Assembly (NCBI GenBank): GCA_029717555.1
Contig: JAMDHS010000058.1
Span: 124,001-144,850, forward strand
DNA from: Peribolospora baueri
Lineage: Eukaryota
Length of the DNA: 20,850 bases
Reading direction: 5' to 3'
Part shown: positions 1 through 12,386 of the stretch, piece by piece
How the letters are laid out: each line of letters opens with the position of its first letter
Position numbering within the stretch: the stretch's first letter is position 1
Notes under the pieces: generated by a model
Database searches by the model: none
Told to the model about the DNA's origin: nothing
The model's input: the letters and a program-made list of their open reading frames with translations, nothing else
Made by a program: the position numbers and the translations under genes

Positions 1-3000
1 ATTGAGTTGAACTCCATGAGGCGAGCATCTTTCCTGAGATCGTCCTTGGGCTTGCAAAGGAAGGGATAGTGCTTGCCGTCGCTTCCAACGATGACGATCT
101 TCTTGGGGCGAGCTAGAGAGTTCATGACTTCCACGTCGTCGCAGAAGTCTGTGGGCAATTAACACAAGGCGATTAGCCGACTGGCTCCCAGTGATGATAA
201 ATGTGACCGCCTCCTCTCTCACCATGAAATGTGGGAAGATCGGGAGGAAAAGGCTGATGCTGTGCTGTCTGGCTGCGAGTAGTTGGCAACGTGACTGAAA
301 GGGAGTGTTGCAGGGGGAGAATCACGTCGCTGGGGGCCAGTTTGTAGAGACCTGGGAAATGCTTGCGCCCATTGAATACGTTCTCTCCCCCAATCTCCGT
401 CTCGCAAAAGGTGCACAAATGCTCTGCGAGCTTGTCAGCATCGTTGACGAGATTGATAATACGTTTCTCCTGCGTGCAGAAAAGAAGGTACCAGTGTTAG
501 CAGAAGATGCAATCCGTGAATCGCGATGAGCGACGAAAACTATCACCTTGAGGCCTTGGACGATCTCGGTGTACTTCTGAGCCCTAGACGAAGCCTTCGA
601 CTTTGCCATGGAGGCCAAGGTCCAGATCGCCTGGGAGGGGTGATCACGAAGAACCTTGGTGATGATCTGTTTGATAATCTCCCACACCTTTCGATTGCGA
701 TGAAGAACCCGAGAGACAATCTGCGGGAAGACAGTCAACCACTACGATTGGAAGCGTCGCAGGAGGAGCGTCAGTTCACAGACGTTTCGCACAGAACATG
801 GCGTCCATCACACAGTGCTCACGTAGTACGAGGGAAGTCTGGTAAGAGCCCTGCTTATGACTCCCGTCGTCTTGCGGTAGTATTCGAAGGCGTCGAGTAA
901 ATCTTTCTCCGTCCTTGGTCCGTCAGCACTGAGTCACCCCACGACGAGAAGTCAGCTCGATATGAGGCGCGAATGAGAACCCGGGTAAAAACGGCGCCTA
1001 CCTGCGTGTCCCATTCTTGTCCAGTTCCGCGAACGCTTCGATATCCCCCATCTCCAGCCAAACCGTCAAGAGGCGAGGCAGGGTTCGGAAGAAGTACTTT
1101 GTACCTCGCTCCAGTGCCCGCAGGTAGTACCGGCACGTGTAATAATTGAGGTTGGCTGAGCTGTAATGTGAAATGAAATGGTAAGTGGTGTTTGCAAAGT
1201 TCTGGCCGACGCAAGCGAGCCAGGACCTCACTTGATCTTCTTGAAGTCCGGAGATTGAGAGGCCGCCTCGTACATGGAATCATAATAGCGACCAAGGTGA
1301 TAATGTGCGCTCTCGCCCTCGTCCCTACGTCGGGTTAGGTAGAAGTATGGAACATCAGCGCGCTAGCCCGCTCCCTCTCGCCCGATGACTGTAAGAACGT
1401 ACTTTCGAGTCTGGGCTGTCGCCTCGTTGAACCCCTGAATGATGATGTTGGATTCGGTGCGTTCGGCCTCGACGAGCCATCTCATGCGCAGCAAGAGAGC
1501 CTGAAAGAGATTGAACGCTGCGCGATCAGTTGAAGACGCAAGCCAGAATATCAAAAACAATTAACTGACTTTGGCGAACATTGTCTCATCTATCGTTTTC
1601 TCGCCATTCTCGTCTTCATCCTGATCCATAGTGCCTTCCCTTCTGGCCATTTCGCCAGGGATGGCTGCGGATCGGAGTCGGCGTGTCTTCAACAAAGCGA
1701 GATTATGGTCCAGCTCCCGAAGCGCGCCTTGTGGTTGGTCGGTAGCTTTCAATAGCTTCGCCCTCTGAACGAACGCAAAAGGAGCTTGGCATTGTGCCGC
1801 CTGTAACGTCGCGCTGTAGGCTGTCTGAAAATGGCCAGCCTTGCGGGCGAACTTGGCGCTCAAAAGCCAGGACTCGCCGACCTCGGATGTTTTGTCGGGC
1901 GACCTGACGATAGGAGCAGTCCACATGTTCAGCACGATCTGATCTGACGAAAAGATTGGGATGGGACTCACCGTGCTCCGAACACCGTTCTCCGAAGGCT
2001 CAGAATGGGCTCGCGGGTTTTGAAAGACGGCAAAGTCGAGTGCAACCGATGAGTCAGGTAGTGATGGAGATCGGGCAAAGACGCTAAACGTGGACCCTGG
2101 TTTGCGTGCAAGGTGTTATGGATCACCTCGATCTCGTGTAGGACGTGCAGGTGAATGACAGAATCGTAGATTCGTTGGTAGGACTCTGTTCCGGCGACGG
2201 AGATGGGCTTGCCAAGCTCCTGACGAGCGTCCACGAGAGCTTGGGTGAACGTCTCAGCGTTGGCAGACTTCATCGCCAACAGAGCCCTCGCAATAGCGGC
2301 TTCCGGCCCAGCTAAGTCTGGCCTAGGCAGGAGGACGGCTTGTACGTCTTCCCAATCTGACATCATCCATGATCCCTCGAGCTGGAATGACCCGAGGTCG
2401 ACCTCCCATTCAGGATGTCGGCCTAAGACTCCTCGAATGTGGGTCCGCATGGTGTCTGATAGACGAGAAGAGAGAAAGTGAGTTTAACGGCAGCGCATCC
2501 ATCCGCTTGCGGGCGGGGACTGGCTTGCAGAACAGGCGGTCGGCGCTCACCGTAATGACCGAGATTGCGAAGGCAGCGTAGCAAGCCGACGTGCAAGTTG
2601 AGGTCGTCGGGTCGCTGCTGCAGCTCGACTTCCCAGCAGCTTTGGGCGGCCGTCCAGCGTCCAGTGCTTTCGTGCTCCCGGATTTGATGTTCGAGAGAGG
2701 GCGCGATGACCTTGGTGGACACGCCCTCCATGCCGTCCGGTTCGTCGAGATGAGCGTAAATCTGGTGAAGGTTTTCGTAGTAAGTCTGCAGGTCGGAGTC
2801 GTCCTTCGAGCTCTTCAGAGTGCGGATACGCTGTTCGTAGCTGAGCAGCGAACGAGCAAAGGCTTGACACTGTAGCGCCGCCTGTGCCATGAGTTCTTGC
2901 GGTATGCTGGTCATCACGGACTCGACGTTGAGAAGCGACTGTTCTGGAGCCATCGGCAAGGACCTCTGCGCCCGGCGACCTTGCTGACGCGATAGCTGGC

Positions 3001-6000
3001 GCTGCATCTCCTGGTTTTTCCTTCGAACCCACTTGTTTAGGTGATCCATGAGATCGAATGCGGTCTAAGAGAGCGAACGCACCAAAAAGTGAAATGCAGG
3101 GACTCAGCGCGTCATTCACGCATGGCAGGTGCGATGCGCTGCCACGTCCTGACTGACCTGAGCGGTGATGAGGCGCCTCTCCGGGGCGGCATGGCCTTTT
3201 GGGTCCACTTGGTCCGTCAGAACGGCGACGAACTCTTCGCGTATCCGGTCTCGATCGTTGTCCGAGCCGGAGATGAGGACGTGGAGGACAAGATGGGGCA
3301 GGATCTGTCGGGCGATGGAAATTTCCTCGCCGCGGACGACGGCACGGAAGACGCCAAAGACGGTGGCCGCGTCGTTGCCTTTGACCTTGAGGAGAAGGTC
3401 GTGCGTCCAGTTGTGAAGCCACTCGCGATAGCTAGCGGTGTGCAAGTAGTGTGGGAAGGCGACCGCCTTCTTGACCAGAAGGTTCATCCGATACTTAGAG
3501 TCGAGCAGAGGAGACACGGTCTCCACGACAGCTTTCGGCAACAAGTACCACCGCTGTCGAGCTTTGACCGACGCCGGCTTCGATCCGGAAGACGTGGGCA
3601 GCAGCGCGGAGGTGAAACCGCAAAATTTCAGCAGGTTTTGGATCGCGTAAGCGAGCTGCTGCTGTCGCAGGATGTCTTCCATGGACCTGTAGGCGCCGGC
3701 GAGATGGTGCTGGATCATGAACAGCGCAAACTCGATCGCCTCGTCGTGATCGTTGAAGTTGTTCAGGACGGCGAAAGAAGTGTCGTCGTTGGGCATGTCG
3801 AACCGGTCAGGGTCGAGAGCTCCGAGAATGCCAAGGCATTGGAAGGAGAGGTCGCGGACCTGCTTGTACTGCTCTCCGTCGCTCGACGCTGTCGTGAGGA
3901 GCACCCTGACCAAGCGGCCGATCTGCGAGTCGAACTGGTCTCCTTCGGTGGCGCTCTGAACGTACTCGCGCTCCTCGACGAGCACCGCCTTGAGCTCCTG
4001 GAGCGAACGAAGGCAGACGGTCACGTTCTCCGCACTGGCGCGCTGGATCAGGTTGTCGATCTTTTTGTGGACCGGCCAGGCCTGTCGCGAGGAGCGAAGG
4101 CGCTTGGCGACCTCGGAGAGTTCCTCGTCAAAGCCTTCCGGCACAGCCACTTCGTTCATGTACCCCTCCAACTCCATGGCGTCGTCCAAGACGATGTACT
4201 TCAACGTCGACGCGGCAAGGGCGCGCTCTTTGGCCGTCAGTCGGGGCCATATGGTGACGAAAGCGGCGGACATTTGGCCGACGAACGGTCCAATGTCTTT
4301 GAACAGAAGGGTCGTGACGAAGACGTGCCAAGCCGCAAGCGTGACGTCCCGGAGCGCGTCCACGGCCAGTGCGCCTTGAAGCGTCGCCATGATCTGTTGG
4401 GGGCCCCACATCACCACCGAGTCGTCGGGTCAGGTGATTATTCTACTCGTCCAAAGGCCCATATCCGATGTGCGGCGCCTCCCTCTCGCGCTTACCTGTG
4501 GAGAAGCGACGCTGACGGTGGGACCGACACGTTGGATGACCGCTCCGATGCTCCTGATCGCCTTGCGCTTGGTCGACAGCGTCTGCCTCCCGTTCTGGTC
4601 GCTGAGGACGTCGTTGATGAAGGCGAGAAACGGGAGAGTGTGCCTCCTGAGGAACGCGCCCACCTGCATCTCCTTGCTCAAAGGCGTGCGGCGCGAAGCG
4701 GCGTCTTTGGGGTCGATCGTCGACTCTACGAGGCTGATGCCGCGTTCAGCCTGAGAGAGAGAGACGCCGGACGGCCACGGTTGCAAAGTCAGCGGGCGGC
4801 GTCGCGAGCGGAACGGCGTACGAGAGGGGGAGGGAAGAAGGGAAGAAAAGAACCGGTGGGCTCACTTGTCTCTGTCTCGTAGGGTCATCGTCGCCGAGCT
4901 CGATCGCGAGGAGGGAAGGGAGGGATGTCATGAACGACTTGAACAGCTGAGCCGGTTCGAACCGGGCGTGCTCGTTTCCGATCATCTCGCAAAGCGTCTG
5001 AAGGCCCCTCTCGCAGTCGGCCGGACCGAGGAGGAGGATGTGTTTGAGGACGTGCTGGATCTGACTGACGAGGAGCTGGTCGACGTCCAAGTTGGCCGCG
5101 CTTGCGACGGCGTGCAGCAGGTCTCGGCGGCCGAGGATGACGAGGTGAGGGACGGTGTGCTCGACGGTGTAGTTGAGGAAACTCTGCCGGCTCTGGCTCA
5201 TGAGCTGCATGGCCTCGGCGAACAAGTCGGGCGAGGCGGTGAGCTGGGACACGAGGAAGACGCTGAGGTCCTTGAAGAAGGGCAAAAGCAGTCTGTAGGG
5301 AGAGACGTGATGGAGCCTGGCAAGACGGTCGAGCTGTGCTCAAGGGACCAGAGAAAAAAGGAAATAAATGACAGGTCGGACTCGGATCGGCGGACGAACG
5401 AGGGCAAAGTCGTCTGCATCAAGCAAACGCAACGCGGGAACCCACCTCGGTATACGCCAGCGCCTTGAGCAGACCTCCGGAGGAGCCTAGTTGGGTCACC
5501 AAAGTGGGGAGGACCTTGGACAGCACGGCTTCATTGGAGTACCTGCGACACGACGACACGATGACGATGGAGGGACGACGAGAGAGGAGGAGGAGGGAGG
5601 GACGACGGGATGCCAACGCGCAGACCGACGGGGTCAGAGGGGGGCAGGAGACACGACTTCGCGCTCTCGCTCGGCGCACGGCACCAAGACGTCCCTGCTC
5701 ACCTCCCAAGTCGGCCAAGAGCGATCAAAGCCGTCTCCTTGTGGGACGGCCTAGACTGGTGAAGAAGGAAGGAGAAGCGTTTCCAAAGCGGCGCGAGACG
5801 GGCGTCGATCGTGCTGCTCTCTTCCAAGTCTCCGATTTTGCAGTGTGCCGCGACGACGAGAGCTAGAACGCGTCTGGAGGAGTTGAAAAACCGGACAGCA
5901 AGGTGAGCGAGGGAAGCGCGGCGGCGCTCAGTCATGTCACGTCGCCTCACTCACCCAGCAGCGATTCTCACCCCGCGCCTCGGATCGTCCAAGGAAGCGG

Positions 6001-8664
6001 TCAAAAGCCTAGCGACGGCGACGCGATCCCGATGGGCGTGACGGGGAGCGGGCGGGAAAGACTGGCCGCCAGTTGCGATGACTGTCGGGTCTTGTTCGAA
6101 AGGCAGCGCGGCGGCGTGCGCGGGAGCGTGGGCGATATGCCGTCGGAGGGCGTCCAAGGTGGCTAGGGGGATGGCGGCGGACGTCGCCGTCGTAGTCGCC
6201 GTTCGAGCGGAGGGGAAGGAGGACGAAGAAGCGGCGAGGGCAGCGAGGGCGGACAAGATGGCTGATGAGGAGGAGGAGGAGGAGGAGGCGGCGGCGTCGG
6301 TGGGGGTGGCGCACACTGGCACGACCCCGGCATCAGGCGTGTCGCAGATGACGCACGAGTACGAGGACGTTGTGCCGGGCGAGTTGGCGGCGCTCCTAGG
6401 CGAGCGACGGAGAGTCCCAGCGAGGGCGCAAGGCAGGTACGCGGCGAGCTGGAGCGCTCTAGCGTTCTCCGTCGGCGAGTCGCTGGAAAGCCTGGCGGGC
6501 GGGAGAAGAGAAATGAGTGTCGAGTCAGCGCGAAGTGGAGCGCCGCCGGCGTCATACGCCATCTTAAGGGTGCGTGGCGCCAGCGCCAGAGAAGGAGGGA
6601 AGAGCGAAAGGGAAGCGCCGGAAAGGGAAGGGGCACGCACGCTTGAAGAGCGAGGAAAACGCGCTCAGGCGCGAGCGAGGCCAAGTCGGGATCGAAGGAC
6701 ACTTTGGCCCGCGTCCGCGTCGAGAGGTCGTCCAAGATGGTCGCCACGCCCACCTCCTCGAGGTGAGCGTGAGCGTGAGCGGTAGTAGAAGGAAGCTCAC
6801 GATCTCCGAGCCCCAGCTGGTCCGTGTCCGTACGGCGAGCCGAGGAGCGAGGATGGCCGCCTTCGGCTTCAAACAGACTCGAGGAAGGAGCGCTCCTCTT
6901 CCTCTTCCTACCGGCGATGGCGACGCGCCTCGCGGGCCAACAACGTCTAGGGACGTCCTTGCTCCTATCCATGTCTTGCAGGAGGGCCTCGACGGCTTGG
7001 CGAGAGATCCATTCCGGGAGGTCCACCTCTGCTTCGACGCTGTCGTCGTCGACTTGCATATCCCGGCCGTCGTCCACTTGCATATCCCGCTCATCCCGGT
7101 CTCGCGCCGCGGCGAACGACAAGAGGAAGCGCCTCAGGGCAGAGGCGTCTGCGGACGAAAGCGGCTCGGCGGCAAAGGTGGGAGGATGGAAGAGGCGGAG
7201 GAGGGCCTCGAGGGCGCAAGCCTGTGGGCGTGAACCGAACCGGGTTCGAAAGTTGAGCGGCGATACAAAACAAAGCGGCGAGACAAACAAAACCAAACAA
7301 AATCCATGGCCTCTCTAGGCGAAGGTGCCAAGACGAGAAGAAAAGTAGAAGCTCACCTTCAAGCTGACGGCGACAGCGACGGAACCACCGGGCGAATTTC
7401 GCACCACTTCAGAGACAAGCAACGGGCCGAGCGTTCTGAGCCGCTGCCAGGTGTCGACGGCGTGTACGGGAAGGAGGGCGATCGCTTGCCGAAGGTTGTG
7501 AGCGAGGTCGGTAAGGCCGGAGTCAGGGTCTGTGACGACGGATGGAGGTGCGGGTGTAGGTACGGGTGGAGAGGCGTCGACGTCCCACGGAGACTGTCGA
7601 CGGAGGGCATTGTGCAGAGAATCGAGGACGAGAAGGGAGACATGCACAACACTTGCGGCGGCAAAGACGGCCGGGTTAGCAAGGATGACGGCTGCGATAG
7701 GAATCTGACGAGCGTGGAGCGCTACGGGTGATACGGAAGGGTGGGCTTGACAAACAAAAGGGAGAAGGCCAAGCCAAGAGTCGAAATGGCGGTGAGCGTG
7801 GGTCGTCGTAGGGAGCAAGGCGGACGGGCGGCTCGATCTGCGGCCGGAGCGCACTCACAACCATGCTTCTCATCCCTGCTCTGGGAATTTTTGTTTCTGG
7901 CATGGTTGGGCCTGACGATGGCGAGGGTGGATGTGGATAGAAAGAGGCGGCAGGCGTCGTGTCCTACATCATGTAGGAACTGGGGCGCCTCGGCAACGGT
8001 CTCGACGACGGCGCGGAGGACGGTAAATGCGAGGGAGAGGGCGTGTACGGGAAGGGAAGCGTCCAGAGGAAGTTCGACGGAAAAGGGCGCTTCTTCGTCG
8101 TCTGCCGGTCCGTCCGAGCCAAAGCGAGCGCTCTCAAAAAAGGCGATGGCGATGCGGCCGGGGGCAACGCGGCGGACCTTGGAGGTGGAGGTGGTGGCGA
8201 GCGAAGGCGAGTCGGGGTCTTCAAAGGAGAGATGGACGGCTGATGGAAGGGGCGGGAGGGTACGAAGAGACGGTGAGGAATGAGGAAGGGGAACGAAGGA
8301 ACGGTAAGAAAGGAGGAAGGGGGACAAAGAAACGGTAAGAAAGGAGGAAGGGGACGAAGAAACGGTAAGAAAGAAGGCAAAGAGGAAGGCAAGAAAAAAG
8401 AATCGAAAACATACCACATCCAGCAACCCTCAAAAGCTCCTCCATGACAATCCGAACCTTCCTGTTTGCACCCTCATCGGCACCTCCACCTCCAGTAATC
8501 CGAAGGTCCCGAAGGTCCCTACTCATCGTCTGGAGGAGGTCTCGGAGGAGGCGGGAGAGGGCGTCGTAGAGGGCTTCGATGGGGAGGTCGTCGGCGTCGT
8601 TGAGCGTGCGTGTAGGGCCCTGCGTAGGCGTAGCGGCACGGCGTTGCTGCGTAGAGGCGTCCAT
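1..8664 (-). CDS. MEC1: Mec1/Rad3/ATR checkpoint PIKK kinase, multi-exon; 3' end lies beyond the left edge of the window
   Basis: Exons can be spliced in frame with GT-AG introns from the putative ATG at 8664 (MDASTQQ...). They give HEAT-like helices, a UME-like region (AFINDVLSDQNGRQTLSTKRKAIRSIG), the ATR-typical CLGILGALDPDR and QIYAHLDEPDGMEG..LEHQIREHESTGRWTAAQSCWE, a FAT region (SAKFARKAGHFQTAYSA; TLPRLLTVWLEMG; WLTVFPQIVSRV) and the kinase N-lobe (VMNSLARPKKIVIVGSDGKHYPFLCKPKDDLRKDARLMEFN) at 1-148. The start codon and N-terminal exons are less certain than the C-terminal half. Confidence 0.95.
7045..7089 (-). repeat. In-frame tandem duplication with a 24-nt period inside a MEC1 exon (RDMQVDD twice)
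   Basis: gtcgtcgacttgcatatcccg-gcc-gtcgtccacttgcatatcccg; translation RDMQVDDGRDMQVDDD. Confidence 0.85.
8282..8373. repeat. Minisatellite, 3 copies of a 30-31 bp unit, in MEC1 intron 1
   Basis: Units gaggaagggg(a/g/-)ac(g/a)aag(g/a)aacggtaagaaag at 8282-8312, 8313-8343 and 8344-8373, with a degenerate partial copy just to the left. Confidence 0.9.
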
Positions 8665-8751
8665 TTCGGACGCACGACGGGGGCCGGGCAAAGTGGGTGG
8701 GAGGGGAGCGGAGGTGTTGGAGTTTGGCCGGTATCAGACTTATTTCATTTC

Positions 8752-8778
8752 ATTTGCGCGACGCGACCGCGCACGTGC
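8752..8778. promoter_or_regulatory. Cluster of CGCG-core (MCB-like) motifs about 90-110 bp upstream of the MEC1 ATG
   Basis: atttgcgcgacgcgaccgcgcacgtg has three CGCG cores. MBF/MCB control of replication and checkpoint genes is known in fungi, but the GC-rich background weakens the signal. Confidence 0.3.
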
Positions 8779-9560
8779 CACTCAACGGCAACGGCTCAGA
8801 AAGACGTAATCGTATCGGATACGACAAGGCAAGCTAAGGCAAGGCAAGGCACGCCCATGAAAGAAATTCTCGAATGGCCTCGCACCGCGGCGCCGCCCCG
8901 CTCCCATGCGCTCGTCTTCATGCCCGACAAAGGGAACAAGCCAAGACCGGAGCGAACCACGCACACATGAAGAAAAAGCGATGGAGAGAGCCCTTTCACG
9001 CTCGCACGCACGAATCGTATCCATACAACGGGGAGGGTAGACACAACGGAACGGGACGGGACCGGCGGGGTGGACCGAAGACGAGCGGAGTGGAGTGGGT
9101 ACGTGGGAGGAGGGGAGAGGGAGGCATAGGAGGCGGTGGTGGATGCGGCCCATGACGTGCAAGGCGAGCTAGCAGACGCAGACGCGACGCGACGCGGCGC
9201 ACTGAGAGGCGAGAGGGCTAGGGGGTATCGGGCCACGCAGAGCGATCGAGCAAGCGTGTCACGAGCGCTCGGCCGCGGCGTCGGTCAGCGAATGGATGGG
9301 GGAGGGGGAGGAGGAAAGAGGAGCGGCATGGATGATTACATACGAGACTGCGACGACGAAAGGGGACGGAGCTCGCAGAAAGAGCGCGCGCGAGAGAGAG
9401 AAGAGAGAGAGAAGCCGGAAAGAGACACCTGAGATCAAAGTACACTGGGCGACAGGACGCGGTCGAGTCGAAAAAGAGGCAAGAAGAGAGCGAAGAAGGA
9501 TGGACGGAAAGAAGAAAAGACGGGAGCGACGAACGAAAAAGGGGTCGCGCCGCAGCTCGT

Positions 9561-11081
9561 TTACTTCTTGGCGGCCGCCTTCTTGGTCGTCGTCTTCTTC
9601 GGCGCGGCCTTGGTGCCTGCCTTCTTTGCCGCTGGCTTCTTAGCAGAAGCAGTGGTGGAGGAAGTCTTCTTCATCGCCGGCTTCTTGACTGTAAATAAGC
9701 GAGCGATTGATTGGAACGCGTCGTCAGCGTCGGCGTCAGGTCAGCGTCGGATGCAGCTCGACGGATGGGGAAGGAGGCACGCACTGGGCTTCTTAGCGGT
9801 GGCCGCACTGGCCTTCTTGCCACCCTCGACCGGCTTCTTCTTGGCCGCCACCGTCTTCGCGACGGGCTTGGCGACAGCGGGCTTTGGGGGAGCGGCGGCC
9901 TTCTTCGCTTCGGCCTTGCCCTTGGCGGAGAGCTTGACCTTGCCGGAGAGGCCTGCAGAAAGGAGGGGACGGTGAGCGGGGCGGGGCGGGGCGCATGTAT
10001 GGGCGAGGCAAAGAGGGGGAAACACACCCTTGGGGAGCGTGAAGGCGCCTGTCTTCTCGCCACGGACGATAGCGGCGGCGATGTTGTGGCTCACGGTCTT
10101 GTTCTCGGCGTCGAGCTTGTACTTGGCGGCGATGTACCTAGGAGCGCGTGGAGAAGATGGAATGGCGTCAGTTATACAGGCCGCGGAGTCACGATGGAAG
10201 ACGCGACGACGCGTCCGTACCGCGCCGTCCATCCGTCCGCCCGTCTGTCCTGCGTGCCAGCGCATGCCTAAGATGGCGGACAAGCGAGGGCGCGGGAGAA
10301 GCGGCAGGAGGAGGCCGGAGTGTCCGAGGTGCTCACTTCTTAATGGCCGGTCGGCTGATGCCCTTGGCGGGGCCCTCGGTGTCCTGGAGGATGGCCTCCT
10401 GTGGGCGACGGAAGCAACGTGGAGGAGACGGGCGACGGCGGCACGACGCGTGTGGGCCAGGGAGCGAGGGAGGCACGGGGATGATGCGTAGAGCGGTCGC
10501 AGATGGGCGTCGGGGACGGGACGACGTCGTTGACGTCCGTTGTGGGGTCACACGGTCGGCGAGACAGGGCATTGCGGGCGCAGGCGGCGACGCGCGGCCG
10601 ATGCGGGAGGGGGGATAGGGAGGCAAGCGAGCGACGATGGTGAGCAAGCGGTGAACCAAAAATTTTCGGGAAAAACGAAGAACGGGGAGGTGGATGCGTG
10701 GTATGAGAAGGGAGAGGTGCAAAAAAGAAGCGAATCAAGAGAGAAAAAGGGGTGGAAAAGGTGGACGTTGGTGGACGGGTGGACGGGGGCGTCGAGGGAT
10801 CTGACTCAACGGCGGTCGACGCAGCGCGTCGCCTCGTTTTTCGCCGACGAGCGCGGGCGTCGAGCGGAAAAAAAATGCGCGGGCCCCGTCTGGGACTGCA
10901 TGGGCAGGCAGGCGAGGCAGAAGGAAGGTAGAAAAGAGAAAGAAGAGGAGGGACAAAGGAGACGGGTGGCCGGGCGTCAACACGGGGGGCGAGGGAGGGG
11001 GAGTGAACGCACCTTGATCATGTCCTGGAAGGGCGGGTGGGCGGGGGCCTTCTTGGCGGCGGTCTTGCGAGGGGCGGACAT
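9561..11081 (-). CDS. HHO1: Linker histone H1; exons 11081-11013, 10398-10337, 10137-10028, 9952-9785, 9688-9561
   Basis: Spliced protein MSAPRKTAAKKAPAHPPFQDMIK|EAILQDTEGPAKGISRPAIKK|YIAAKYKLDAENKTVSHNIAAAIVRGEKTGAFTLPKG|LSGKVKL is a winged-helix H15 globular domain, followed by a K/A/P-rich tail ending KKAAAKK*. All intron phases are consistent. Confidence 0.95.
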
Positions 11082-11410
11082 GGCGAGGTGGAGTGAGAGA
11101 AGAGATGGGAGCGAGCGAGGTGCTGAGGGAGATGGCGAGGGTTGACGTCGAGGAGGGAAGTGGGTGGTGTGAGGAGGGGAAGAGGGAAAGGCGGGAACGG
11201 GCGGTGGGTGCGCGCTCATATCGAATCCAGCTCAGGCCAGCCAGCCGCGGTCGAGTCGGTCGTTTCCAGCCCCAACCTGCTGCGGCCGATCGTGTCTGGA
11301 GAGGGCGTCTGGCGTCGGGCGCCTGCCTGGCTCGCTGTGGCTGACACTGGGCGGGCGGGCGAGGGGAGACAGTTTTTTGCGGCCGTGCGAGCGGGCCTGA
11401 TCTGGGTCTA

Positions 11411-11464
11411 CTCGACTCGGCTCGACTCGATTCGACTCGACTCGAAGCGACTCGGTCGACTCGG
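11411..11464. repeat. Degenerate (CTCGA)n pentanucleotide microsatellite upstream of H1
   Basis: ctcgactcggctcgactcgattcgactcgactcgaagcgactcggtcgactcgg. Confidence 0.8.
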
Positions 11465-11747
11465 CGCAACCTCGATTCGCCCCTCTCAACTCGACGAGAT
11501 CGAGCCAGCCAGCCAGTCGACGTCCGTCATCGTCCTTCGTCGTGCACATGGAAATAGAATAGAACTAGAAATGAAAATGGAAACGCCTTTCTTCTTCATA
11601 CCATCGCCAGCAACACTCCACGGCCATCTGGCGTTGACGCACGCGAGGCAGGCAGCTTACCACCGCCGATGACGACGACGGAACGGGCGCGCGGGTGGTC
11701 TGTGCGAGGATCAGTGTTTGATGGATGGATTGATGATCGGGCGGGCG

Positions 11748-11776
11748 CTTTGGCTTTGGCTTTGGCTTTGGCTTTG
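11748..11776. repeat. (TTTGGC)n hexanucleotide microsatellite
   Basis: tttggc repeated about 4.7 times. Confidence 0.85.
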
Positions 11777-11790
11777 TCTGATCCTCGCCG

Positions 11791-11857
11791 ACGCGACCGA
11801 TCGAGGCACGACGCGTCATTTGGCGCTGACGATTACCGGTGACGCGTCACCGCCAAT
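11791..11857. promoter_or_regulatory. Candidate cell-cycle element about 730-770 bp upstream of H1: MCB (ACGCGT) sites, a 16-bp palindrome and CCAAT
   Basis: acgcga at 11791, acgcgt at 11811 and 11842. The last site is the centre of the perfect palindrome cggtgacgcgtcaccg (11837-11852), which is followed directly by ccaat. Confidence 0.4.
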
Positions 11858-12296
11858 TCCATGTCCCCGTTGGAGATCGGCCAGGCGTCCACACACACAC
11901 ACACAGGGGGATTCTAGTCCGGTCATCTCCGCTTGTGTCCGCCTCCCAACCTAGAGGGACGCTGAGACGCGCGTCTTATTAGCCACTGCCTTTCCCACTC
12001 GACGAACGATCGCCGCCTCGCCTGGTGCTCTTGTTTTGATAGAGACCGTCTACGAAGTGAACATAAGAGAGAACAAGAAGATCTTCCTTACGTAAGTGTC
12101 TGGGACAGTACGTGAGCACTCAACACCCCGGTCACGACCGCCTTCTCGTCCATGGTCGGTGACACACACACACACACAGGATAGAGAGATGTGCCTGCTA
12201 GACAGCCCAGACCAGACTCAGCGTGGTAACATACGTGAAACTCATTCCAGTCCATCCATCCATACTCGCCGTCCCTACGGCCCACGGCACGCACGG

Positions 12297-12376
12297 TATG
12301 CTACGCTAGGCTAGGCCATGCCAACTACGTATGCTATGTTACCCTATGCTATGCTGCGATATGCTATGCTATGCTA
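12297..12376. repeat. Degenerate (CTATG)n microsatellite in the GST 3' UTR
   Basis: ctatgctatgctgcgatatgctatgctatgcta plus upstream degenerate units. Short (CA)n runs also occur at about 11890-11905 and 12163-12178. Confidence 0.75.
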
Positions 12377-12386
12377 TTCAAACCCA

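Noticed and set aside
3041..4882. 613-aa plus-strand ORF
   Set aside because: It is the antisense shadow of GC3-rich MEC1 exons and has no recognisable domain.
8282..8373. CRISPR-like array
   Set aside because: The units are head-to-tail with no unique spacers, inside a eukaryotic intron; this is a minisatellite.
8665..9560. Short Arg/Pro-rich ORFs between MEC1 and H1 (similar ones at 11100-12380 and 15550-16250)
   Set aside because: Low-complexity UTR or promoter sequence with no protein motifs and no coherent splice structure.
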